From Alphaproteobacteria bacterium (GTDB lineage Bacteria; Pseudomonadota; Alphaproteobacteria; RF32; CAG-239), in the NCBI GenBank assembly GCA_045633945.1, contig JAZQZH010000016.1, forward strand, positions 7,620 to 71,619: a stretch of 64,000 nt of DNA, written 5' to 3'. Shown piece after piece: positions 56,346-64,000 of this stretch (its first letter is position 1; the number at the start of each line of letters is the position of its first letter). The translations under genes were made by a program, and so were the position numbers. Under the pieces are notes generated by a model, which saw only the letters and a list, made by a program, of their open reading frames with translations, was not told the DNA's origin and searched no databases.

Positions 56346-59045
56346 CTAGCAAGCTTCTTTGCAACAACAACCTGTTTTCACGGCATCAACAGCTTTAGGT
56401 TGACCTTTTTGTTTAACAGCAGCTTGAGCAGCAGCTAAACGAGCAACAGGTACGCGGAATGGAGAACAAGATACATAATCTAAACCACAAGAATTGAAGA
56501 ATTCAATAGATGCAGGATCACCACCATGCTCACCACAAACACCTAAATGGATGTCTGGATTTGTCATACGACCATGTACACAAGCGCGTTTAACAAGTTT
56601 ACCAACACCTTCTACATCGATAGATGCAAATGGATCAGCAACATAAACACCTTTAGCTCTATACTCATCAAGAATAGCACCAGTATCATCACGGCTCATA
56701 CCTAATGTTGTTTGAGTTAAGTCGTTTGTACCAAAACCGAAGAAACCAGCAGTTTCTGCAATATTTTCAGCTTGTAAAGCAGCTCTAGGTAATTCAATCA
56801 TTGTACCTACAAGATAATCAACTCTTTGACCTTTTTCTGCAAATACTTTTTCTGCTGTTGTATCGATAACGTTTTTAACAATATCCAATTCCTTCTTAGA
56901 ACCAATCAATGGAACTTCAATTTCTGGAATAACTTTAATACCTTTAGCAGTACATTCTAAAGCAGCTTCTAAAATAGCACGAGCTTGCATTTCAGCAATT
57001 TCAGGATATGTAACAGCCAAACGACAACCACGGTGACCTAGCATTGGATTTAATTCGTGTAATTGTTCAGCACGAGCTTTAACCTGAACCAAAGTCATTC
57101 CCATCTTATCTGCCAATTCTTGCATTTCAGCATCTGTGTGTGGCAAGAATTCATGTAGAGGTGGGTCTAACAAACGAACAGTAACTGGTAAACCATCCAT
57201 AATTGTAAACAAGTCAACAAAATCTTGTTTTTGATATGGTAACAAGTTAGCTAAAGCATTACGACGACCTTCTTCAGTTGAAGATAAAATCATAGCACGC
57301 ATATCAGCAATTCTATTTGCATCAAAGAACATATGCTCTGTACGAGCCAAACCAATACCTTCAGCACCAAAGTTACGAGCTGTTTGAGCATCTTTTGGAG
57401 TTTCAGCGTTTGCACGAACTTTCATAGTTTTGATCTCATCAACCCAAGACATCAATTTACCAAAGTTACCTGTCATTTCAACTTGAACTGTTGGTATTTT
57501 ACCTTCAATGATTTGACCTTTAGCACCATCTAATGATACCCAGTCACCTTCGTTAATAACAACACCAGATTTTGTTGTCATTGTCTTTGTTTTATAATCA
57601 ATAGTAATATCTGTAGAACCAGAAACACAAGGTGTACCCATACCACGGGCAACCACAGCGGCGTGAGATGTCATACCACCACGAGCTGTAATCACACCTT
57701 GAGAAGCATGCATACCGCCAATATCTTCAGGACTTGTCTCGTTACGGATAAGAATAACTTTTTCACCTTTATTTGCCCATTCTTCAGCATCTTCAGCATT
57801 AAATACTGCACGACCAACAGCAGCACCAGGAGAAGCTGGAAGACCTGTAGCAATAACTTTCTTTTCAGCTTTAGGGTCTAACATTGGGTGTAATAATTGG
57901 TCTAATTGATCAGCACCAACTCTCATGATAGCTTCTTCTTTAGTAAGCATACCTTCTTCATACATCTCAACAGCCATTCTAACAGCTGCAGCTGCTGTTC
58001 TCTTACCATTACGACATTGTAACATCCAAAGCTTACCATGTTCGATTGTAAATTCCATGTCTTGCATATCTTTGTAGTGTTTTTCAAGATTGTTACGAAC
58101 ATCTACTAATTCTTTATACAAGTGAGGCCATTTTTCTTCTAAAGATGTACCATCATTAATAGAAGCCATAGGTTGTGGTGTTCTAATACCAGCAACAACG
58201 TCTTCACCTTGTGCGTTTACTAAATATTCACCATAGTAAATATTTTCACCTGTTGCAGGGTCACGAGAGAAGCAAACACCTGTTGCACAATCATCACCAG
58301 CATTACCAAACACCATTGTTTGCACGTTAACAGCTGTACCCCAGTCACCAGGAATATTGTTTAATTTACGATATGTAATAGCACGATCAACCATCCAAGA
58401 TCCAAATACAGCACCAATACCAGCCCATAATTGATCCCATGGATCTTGTGGAACTTCTTTACCTAATTTTTTACCGATTTCTTTATATTCTTTAACTAAT
58501 TCTTTTAAATCATCAGCTGTCAAATCTGTATCAGAAGCATATCCTTTAGATTTTTTCATATTTTCTAAAGCTTCTTCATACAAATCAATATCAGCACCCA
58601 AAACCACATCAGAGAACATTTGGATAAAACGACGATAAGAGTCATAAGCAAATCTTTCGCTACCAGAAGCTTTTGCTAAAGCTTTAACTGTTTCATCATT
58701 CAAACCCAAGTTTAATACTGTATCCATCATACCTGGCATAGAAACTCTAGCACCGGAACGAACAGAGAATAACAAAGGATTTTCACTATCAGCAAATTTC
58801 TTACCCATAATACCTTCAACATATGCTACTGCTTGACGAACTTGGTCCTTCAAATCAGATGGATATGTTTTGTTATTATCGTAATAATATGTACAAACTT
58901 CTGTTGTTACTGTAAATCCTGGAGGAACAGGCATACCAACTTTATTCATTTCTGCCAAGTTAGCACCTTTACCGCCTAGGAGATTTTTCATTGTAGCATC
59001 GCCTTCTGCGTTGCCGTTACCAAATGTATATACCCATTTACTCAT
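56346..59045 (-). CDS. ppdK: pyruvate, phosphate dikinase with an unusual Cys-rich C-terminal tail
   Basis: 899 aa. GGMTSHAAVVARG phosphohistidine motif and a PEP-utilising C-terminal domain. Ends ...AVKTGCCCKEAC. Confidence 0.97.
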   Translation of the reverse strand: MSKWVYTFGNGNAEGDATMKNLLGGKGANLAEMNKVGMPVPPGFTVTTEVCTYYYDNNKTYPSDLKDQVRQAVAYVEGIMGKKFADSENPLLFSVRSGARVSMPGMMDTVLNLGLNDETVKALAKASGSERFAYDSYRRFIQMFSDVVLGADIDLYEEALENMKKSKGYASDTDLTADDLKELVKEYKEIGKKLGKEVPQDPWDQLWAGIGAVFGSWMVDRAITYRKLNNIPGDWGTAVNVQTMVFGNAGDDCATGVCFSRDPATGENIYYGEYLVNAQGEDVVAGIRTPQPMASINDGTSLEEKWPHLYKELVDVRNNLEKHYKDMQDMEFTIEHGKLWMLQCRNGKRTAAAAVRMAVEMYEEGMLTKEEAIMRVGADQLDQLLHPMLDPKAEKKVIATGLPASPGAAVGRAVFNAEDAEEWANKGEKVILIRNETSPEDIGGMHASQGVITARGGMTSHAAVVARGMGTPCVSGSTDITIDYKTKTMTTKSGVVINEGDWVSLDGAKGQIIEGKIPTVQVEMTGNFGKLMSWVDEIKTMKVRANAETPKDAQTARNFGAEGIGLARTEHMFFDANRIADMRAMILSSTEEGRRNALANLLPYQKQDFVDLFTIMDGLPVTVRLLDPPLHEFLPHTDAEMQELADKMGMTLVQVKARAEQLHELNPMLGHRGCRLAVTYPEIAEMQARAILEAALECTAKGIKVIPEIEVPLIGSKKELDIVKNVIDTTAEKVFAEKGQRVDYLVGTMIELPRAALQAENIAETAGFFGFGTNDLTQTTLGMSRDDTGAILDEYRAKGVYVADPFASIDVEGVGKLVKRACVHGRMTNPDIHLGVCGEHGGDPASIEFFNSCGLDYVSCSPFRVPVARLAAAQAAVKQKGQPKAVDAVKTGCCCKEAC

Positions 59046-59346
59046 GGTTAATCAGCTCCTATCAGCTTATATTAAGTTAAAAACAGCCACACATAAACCA
59101 CTTATATGTAGCAGAACAATAAATTCTGCCACGAATTTATAACAATTATTTAGAATATTCAAGTAAAAATTTCTCTTTTCTTACTTTAAATTCAGAGAGA
59201 TACGTTTTTTACTTTTTATTAAAATATTTATTCAAAGAATTTTTTAAACATCACACCCATTAATGTAGTATCTAATTTTCTTTTTATACTACATATACAA
59301 AAATAATACCTCTATATATTACATATTCAGATTATTAATTTTAAAA

Positions 59347-60051
59347 CTACACCTTAACTATAGCACTATGTCTAAAACTAGTCTGTTTTTCATATCTATA
59401 AGAATAAAACAATTTTTCACCACAATTAGTACAATATGGACACACATCTATTTGTTTAACACCACATTCTAAAAGTTGCTGTTTATTTATACCTTTTAAA
59501 TCTACAAAATATTTATTATTTTTTTTAAAAAATATATTTTCTTTATTTTTAACCGTAAGTTTAAGTGTTTCATACACATCAACACCAACTTCATAACAAC
59601 CCAAACAAATAGCCGGACCTATAATTGCTTTTATATTTTCTCTTTCACACCCATAATCTTTAACAAACTTTTCTACAGAATGTTTAGCCATACTTCTAGC
59701 TGTACCTCTCCATCCAGCATGTGAAATCATTGCCATACCATTACAATAAAAAATCAATGGAACACAGTCTGCAAAATACAAATGTCCTGCTGTTCCTTTT
59801 TTGAAAACTAAACCATCAACATTTTCATATATATATTTACCATCAATAACTTCAGCAATATCAACACCATGCACTGGTTTATTTATAGCTAATTTTTGCC
59901 CTAAATAATCTTCAATAATTCTTTTATTTTCAGATAAATCAAATTCTCTAGATTGAATACAAATATCCCTAGTTGTAAAAAAATTTTCTACTTCTGTAAT
60001 TAAATCTGATCTTACAATTTTTTTACCATTAATATAATCAATAAAAAACAC
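59347..60051 (-). CDS. pgeF: PgeF/YfiH (DUF152, laccase-domain) peptidoglycan editing factor family
   Basis: ISHAGWRG and C..CY motifs typical of the family; 234 aa. Confidence 0.82.
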   Translation of the reverse strand: MFFIDYINGKKIVRSDLITEVENFFTTRDICIQSREFDLSENKRIIEDYLGQKLAINKPVHGVDIAEVIDGKYIYENVDGLVFKKGTAGHLYFADCVPLIFYCNGMAMISHAGWRGTARSMAKHSVEKFVKDYGCERENIKAIIGPAICLGCYEVGVDVYETLKLTVKNKENIFFKKNNKYFVDLKGINKQQLLECGVKQIDVCPYCTNCGEKLFYSYRYEKQTSFRHSAIVKV

Positions 60052-60777
60052 CTAATTTACCTCATCTTTAATAACTTCATCAGAAAGCCATATTGAATTT
60101 TTTATATTTTTTTCTAAAAAAGATCTATGTGTGTTATTATCTTCTTCACTAAATAAAAACTCTCTAGGTTCTCTATATACTCTATTAACAACAATATTAT
60201 CACTTTGTATATCTGTTTTTATTTTATTATTTGTGGTCAAATCCATTGTAGGCTCAGCACCACCTAATAATTCCAAATAAACTTCTGCTAATAGTTGAGC
60301 ATCTAAAAGAGCTCCATGGAAAGTTCTTTGAGAATTATCAACACCAAATCTTTTACATAAAGCATCAAGATTATTTCTTTGTCCAGGGAATTTGTTTTTA
60401 GCTATTTCTAAAGTATCAACAACTCTATCCCATTGATATTCTTCATATCCAAGTTTTTTAAGTTCATAATTTATAAATTTCATATCAAATGTTGCATTAT
60501 GGGCCACTAAAATTCCATCATCACCAATAAAATCAACCCAATCTTGTGCAACTTTATCAAAAAAAGGATAATCTTTTAAAAACTCATTAGTTAAACCATG
60601 CACTTTAACAACTTCTTCAGGTACATCTCTATCAGGATTAATATATTGATGATAAGTTCTTCCCGTTGGTACATGATTAATAAGCTCAACTGCACCAATT
60701 TCCACCAATCTGTCACCTGTTAAAGGGTCAAAACCAGTTGTTTCTGTATCAAAAACAATTTCTCTAATTGTTTGCAT
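60052..60777 (-). CDS. dnaQ: DNA polymerase III epsilon subunit (3'-5' exonuclease)
   Basis: Exo I VFDTETTG, Exo II HNATFDM, Exo III HGALLDA. Confidence 0.95.
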   Translation of the reverse strand: MQTIREIVFDTETTGFDPLTGDRLVEIGAVELINHVPTGRTYHQYINPDRDVPEEVVKVHGLTNEFLKDYPFFDKVAQDWVDFIGDDGILVAHNATFDMKFINYELKKLGYEEYQWDRVVDTLEIAKNKFPGQRNNLDALCKRFGVDNSQRTFHGALLDAQLLAEVYLELLGGAEPTMDLTTNNKIKTDIQSDNIVVNRVYREPREFLFSEEDNNTHRSFLEKNIKNSIWLSDEVIKDEVN

Positions 60778-61351
60778 TTTTTATATCCTTTATTAATTCT
60801 TTTAATTTATTTTTTAATTCATCTTCACTACAATCTGTGTTTATAATAAAATCAACTTTTTTTATCTTATCATCTCTTTTCATTTGAATATTATTAATTT
60901 TATCAAAATCTTCACCAGATATATTATCTCTTTTCATAACTCTACTTTTTTGGATATTATAATCAACATCAGCTAAAATAACTTTATCGAAATATTGATT
61001 CCACCCCATTTCATACAATAAAGCAACATCTGTAAAAATAATATCATTTCCATTATAATCAGATACACTATCTAAAAGTCTTTTGGTTAAATAAGGATGT
61101 GTTAACCCTTCTAAAAATTTCAATTTGCTTACATCATTAAAAACAATACTCCTCAAAGCTCTTTTATCAAAAACATTACCATCAAATGTTTCAGGAAAAT
61201 TTTTCTTTATTATTTCTAAAAAATCATTTTTAAAATAAAGCTCTCGACACCATGCATCCACATCATATACCAAAAACCCCATATCTCTTAATATATTAGA
61301 TATAGTAGTCTTTCCACACCCTATAGAACCTGTAATTGCAACTAATGCCAT
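60764..61351 (-). CDS. coaE: dephospho-CoA kinase
   Basis: ITGSIGCGKTT P-loop; 195 aa. Overlaps dnaQ by 14 nt, as in the conserved coaE-dnaQ pair. Confidence 0.9.
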   Translation of the reverse strand: MALVAITGSIGCGKTTISNILRDMGFLVYDVDAWCRELYFKNDFLEIIKKNFPETFDGNVFDKRALRSIVFNDVSKLKFLEGLTHPYLTKRLLDSVSDYNGNDIIFTDVALLYEMGWNQYFDKVILADVDYNIQKSRVMKRDNISGEDFDKINNIQMKRDDKIKKVDFIINTDCSEDELKNKLKELIKDIKNANN

Positions 61352-61879
61352 TTATTCAACCTCAAAAAAAATTATTTAAAATCCACAACTTGAATTTACC
61401 TTGTGCATAACTATATTACACTATGAATAATTAACAAATAATCACCATAACCCCAAAAAATAAACAATAGTTATTAACAAAATTTTTTAATCTATTCACA
61501 CTTGTTAATACTGTTGATAACCACTCTTTTTCCACACTAAATCCAAAACAACCAAAATTTTGTTTTAAAATCAATTTTTTGGAGTCCTCCACAACCTTTT
61601 AAACAAGTATAAATTTTTTGTTCAAAAATCTGTTTACAAAAAGTTATCAACAATATTCACAGGGATATACAAATAACTAAAAAATATTATTTAAATATAA
61701 TTGTTTGGGAAAATTTCCTGTTGATAAAATTCTCACAAAACAAACACCTTCTTTGCTGAAAAAATTTTTTACTTCGCAAGGGGATTTTCAATAACGTTTT
61801 AAATTGACATCTAAAAAAAAACATTATAATAACTAAACAAAATAATTCTTAAAATTTTCTTAACCGATAGGTTTTTTCC
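61352..61879. other. candidate chromosomal replication origin (oriC), and/or a long rho leader
   Basis: 528-bp ORF-free AT-rich spacer between divergent coaE and rho with at least 8 DnaA-box-like 9-mers (details in findings). This is the syntenic position of alphaproteobacterial origins. Confidence 0.4.
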
Positions 61880-63133
61880 ATGCATTTAAAAGATTTAAAA
61901 GATAAATCTCCTAAAGAGCTTCTTAATCAAGCTGAAGAACTTGGTGTTGAAGATGCATCTTCACTACGAGTACAAGACCTTGTGTTTGCAATAATGAAAA
62001 AAGTTGCAGAAGATGATCAAGTTATTTACGGAGATGGCGTTATAGAGGTTATGCAAGATGGTTTTGGATTCTTGCGTTCTTCTAAATCAAACTATTTAGC
62101 ATCTGCTGACGATATATATGTATCACCACAACAAGTAAAAAAATACGGTTTAAGAACAGGTGATACAGTAGAGGGTGAGATTCGTGGTCCTAAAGAAAAC
62201 GAGCGTTACTTTGCTCTAACAAAAATTAATACTATTAACTACGATGATCCTGAAAAATCTAAACTTCGTGTGAATTTTGATAACTTAACACCTTTATATC
62301 CTACAGAAAAATTGAACTTTGATATAATTTGTGGTGAAAAAGATTATACAACACGTGTTATTGATTTGGTTTCACCCCAAGGTAAAGGTCAGCGCGGTCT
62401 TATTGTTGCTCCTCCACGTACTGGTAAAACAGTTATGTTGCAAAATATAGCACACGCTATAGCAACAAATCATCCTGAAGTTTATCTTATCGTATTGTTG
62501 ATTGATGAACGTCCTGAAGAAGTTACCGATATGACACGATCTGTTAAAGGTGAGGTTATATCATCAACATTTGATGAGCCTGCCGCTCGTCATGTACAAG
62601 TAGCTGAAATGGTTATCGAAAAAGCTAAACGTTTGGTAGAAAACAAAAAAGATGTTGTTATCTTACTAGATTCTATTACTCGTTTAGGTCGTGCATATAA
62701 TACAGTAGTTCCTTCTTCAGGCAAGGTTTTAACAGGTGGTGTTGATGCAAACGCACTTCAACGTCCAAAGCGTCTTCTTGGTGCTGCTCGAAATGTTGAA
62801 GAAGGTGGTTCATTAACAATCATTGCAACCGCTCTTATTGATACAGGTTCAAGAATGGATGAAGTTATTTTTGAAGAGTTCAAAGGGACAGGTAACTCAG
62901 AAATTATTCTTGATAGAAAGCTAACAGATAAGCGTTTATTCCCAACAATTGATATTACACGTTCAGGTACACGTAAGGAAGAACTTTTAGTTGATAAATC
63001 AATATTAACAAAAATGTGGGTATTGCGTCGTGTATTAATGCAAATGGGTATGACAGACGGAATGGAATTCTTGCTAGATAAATTAAAACAATCAAAAGAT
63101 AATCAAGACTTCTTTGATAATATGAATTCCTAG
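61880..63133 (+). CDS. rho: transcription termination factor Rho
   Basis: N-terminal MHLKDLK...ELL, RNA-binding FGFLR, Walker A PPRTGKT; 417 aa. Confidence 0.98.
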   Translation: MHLKDLKDKSPKELLNQAEELGVEDASSLRVQDLVFAIMKKVAEDDQVIYGDGVIEVMQDGFGFLRSSKSNYLASADDIYVSPQQVKKYGLRTGDTVEGEIRGPKENERYFALTKINTINYDDPEKSKLRVNFDNLTPLYPTEKLNFDIICGEKDYTTRVIDLVSPQGKGQRGLIVAPPRTGKTVMLQNIAHAIATNHPEVYLIVLLIDERPEEVTDMTRSVKGEVISSTFDEPAARHVQVAEMVIEKAKRLVENKKDVVILLDSITRLGRAYNTVVPSSGKVLTGGVDANALQRPKRLLGAARNVEEGGSLTIIATALIDTGSRMDEVIFEEFKGTGNSEIILDRKLTDKRLFPTIDITRSGTRKEELLVDKSILTKMWVLRRVLMQMGMTDGMEFLLDKLKQSKDNQDFFDNMNS

Positions 63134-63157
63134 AATATTATTTATAATCAAAAACTT

Positions 63158-63185
63158 AACCTCTCTATAAAGAGAGGTTTTTTAT
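63158..63185 (+). terminator. intrinsic terminator after rho
   Basis: AACCTCTCT-ATAA-AGAGAGGTT hairpin followed by T5. Confidence 0.75.
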
Positions 63186-63253
63186 TTATTATTTTTTAAT
63201 AATATATGAATTATAATACGTTTTAGGTAGATGTATTTTTTTTATATCTATTA

Positions 63254-63489
63254 GCACCTTTGCGGTGCGGGCTTTCAACGGCTTTTATCACATACGGTGT
63301 TAGGGTATAACATCGTCAAATTGCAAGCTTAATTTTTAAGCTTTCAATGAATATATCCCCGACTAACAAGGTTGGGGAGCTTTTAGCGTATACAATAGAA
63401 GTCTTCTGACTTTAAAGGCTAAAAGAGTCATTTTATGTGATATGATTGTTGAACTCTCCGACCGCCTTATTAAAAAAAGGTGGTTTTTT
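63254..63489 (+). ncRNA. multi-branched structured RNA (leader or sRNA) upstream of an OMP paralog; class not identified
   Basis: 5' hairpin 63254-63268. Closing helix: 63274-63279/63448-63453 and 63286-63294/63434-63442 (9 bp perfect). Three internal hairpins: 63321-63347, 63356-63378, 63380-63425. Weak terminator 63461-63466/63479-63484 followed by a T-run. Confidence 0.4.
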
Positions 63490-63516
63490 ATTAGAACTAT
63501 AACCAGGAGAGAAGTT

Positions 63517-64000
63517 ATGTTAAAACAATTAATTATAATACTTTTATTTGTTTTTGTATTTTTTCATCAAGCACATGCTCAGTCACATCAGCGAGTATCA
63601 AGAGAGCAAGCAAATAATTATGCAATAAAGAAATCATCATTTAATTATTTATCAAACTTTAATCCAAAATTTTACATTGGTTTTGATTATTCTAATAATA
63701 AATTAGAATATGGAGGTGATGGAGTTTTTAGATCTGATTTTGGTTTACCAGATTCTGGGTATGTGGTAAATTTATATACAGATGAATTTAAGGATAAAAG
63801 TAGTTCGTATGCTTTTATTTTTGGAAGCAAATTTAATAATTATTTTGGTACAGAGATTTTTTATCAACAATCAAGCGATATAGAAAGTAGTTTAGATAGT
63901 GACTTTTTTAATATTAATAATTCCAATTTAGAATTTCAATCATATGGTATAGATTTTTTAGCATTTATGCCTTTGCATAAGTATTTAGATTATATAGTTA
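63517..64000 (+). CDS. small outer-membrane beta-barrel protein, N-terminal 161 codons (runs off the right edge); paralog of 3892..4665
   Basis: AGGAGA RBS at 63505-63510. Signal peptide ending AHA-Q. Shares FYQQS and SYGIDF motifs with 3892..4665. My hand translation is open to the window end. Confidence 0.65.
   Translation, partial: MLKQLIIILLFVFVFFHQAHAQSHQRVSREQANNYAIKKSSFNYLSNFNPKFYIGFDYSNNKLEYGGDGVFRSDFGLPDSGYVVNLYTDEFKDKSSSYAFIFGSKFNNYFGTEIFYQQSSDIESSLDSDFFNINNSNLEFQSYGIDFLAFMPLHKYLDYIV

Noticed and set aside
61849-61863. TTAA-N7-TTAA CtrA-type box just upstream of rho
   Set aside because: It is a single occurrence in nearly pure A+T sequence, where the pattern is expected by chance. 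I mention it only as weak support within the oriC finding.
63254-63489. Possibility that the structured region upstream of the second OMP gene is tmRNA (two-piece alphaproteobacterial ssrA) or RNase P RNA
   Set aside because: There is no T-arm (GGTTCGA.TCC) and no acceptor/CCA-like 3' end. There is no plausible tag ORF ending in hydrophobic residues; the only frame, AFNEYIPD-stop, is atypical. It is far too short and lacks the GGAGGAAAGTCC-type motifs of RNase P RNA.
1-64000. CRISPR arrays, IS elements or transposases, integrases, prophage or known defence-system genes, rRNA operons
   Set aside because: I saw no regularly spaced short repeats, no terminal inverted repeats flanking a transposase-like ORF, and no integrase, recombinase, restriction, Cas or abortive-infection-like motifs in any ORF. 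The only sizeable repeat is the 190-bp OMP 5' module.

Overview
Gene-dense, AT-rich chromosomal segment (about one-third G+C by spot counts), about 90% coding. I read it as a reduced, probably host-associated alphaproteobacterium. Supporting gene order: Smr-MltA-Tim44-like next to divergent secB; CarD; PPDK; yebC-ruvC...ruvA-ruvB-ybgC; rplY-pth...ychF; dnaQ-coaE facing rho. Most genes are housekeeping: pssA, tsaC/sua5, pepA, dnaE, sufCD, secA, rplY, pth, ychF, trxB, rarA, ruvCAB, lptG, cysK, gmk, rpsA, secB, trmL, carD, eno, ppdK, dnaQ, coaE and rho. There is one tRNA-Leu(UAA). I found no rRNA, CRISPR array, IS element, integrase or prophage genes. The parts worth a second look are these. (1) A translationally coupled operon sits in the normally contiguous ruvC|ruvA junction. 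It encodes a lipoprotein retropepsin-like protease, a 7TM/transglutaminase-like membrane protein, a RimK-like ATP-grasp ligase and a secreted cyclophilin. The family triad has no experimentally defined function that I know of. (2) A GC-richer cluster of outer-membrane beta-barrel genes lacks Shine-Dalgarno sequences. Two unrelated barrels share a ~190-bp near-identical module (upstream region plus signal peptide), and operator-like motifs lie upstream. (3) Two long structured RNA regions each sit directly upstream of a paralogous small OMP gene. The first has an explicit terminator/antiterminator alternative. (4) The 528-bp coaE|rho intergenic region carries many DnaA-box-like 9-mers at the position where alphaproteobacterial origins lie. 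(5) A block of orphan genes at the 3' side of tRNA-Leu includes a protein with Ulp1-like His-Asp-Cys spacing. (6) Smaller oddities: an 11-Cys protein and a TPR-like protein co-operonic with trxB, a degenerate half DEAD-box protein, a Cys-rich tail on PPDK, a terminator-like hairpin in the rplY leader, and secA-sufCD without sufB or sufS. All functional calls come from motifs I recognised by eye. No database search was run.
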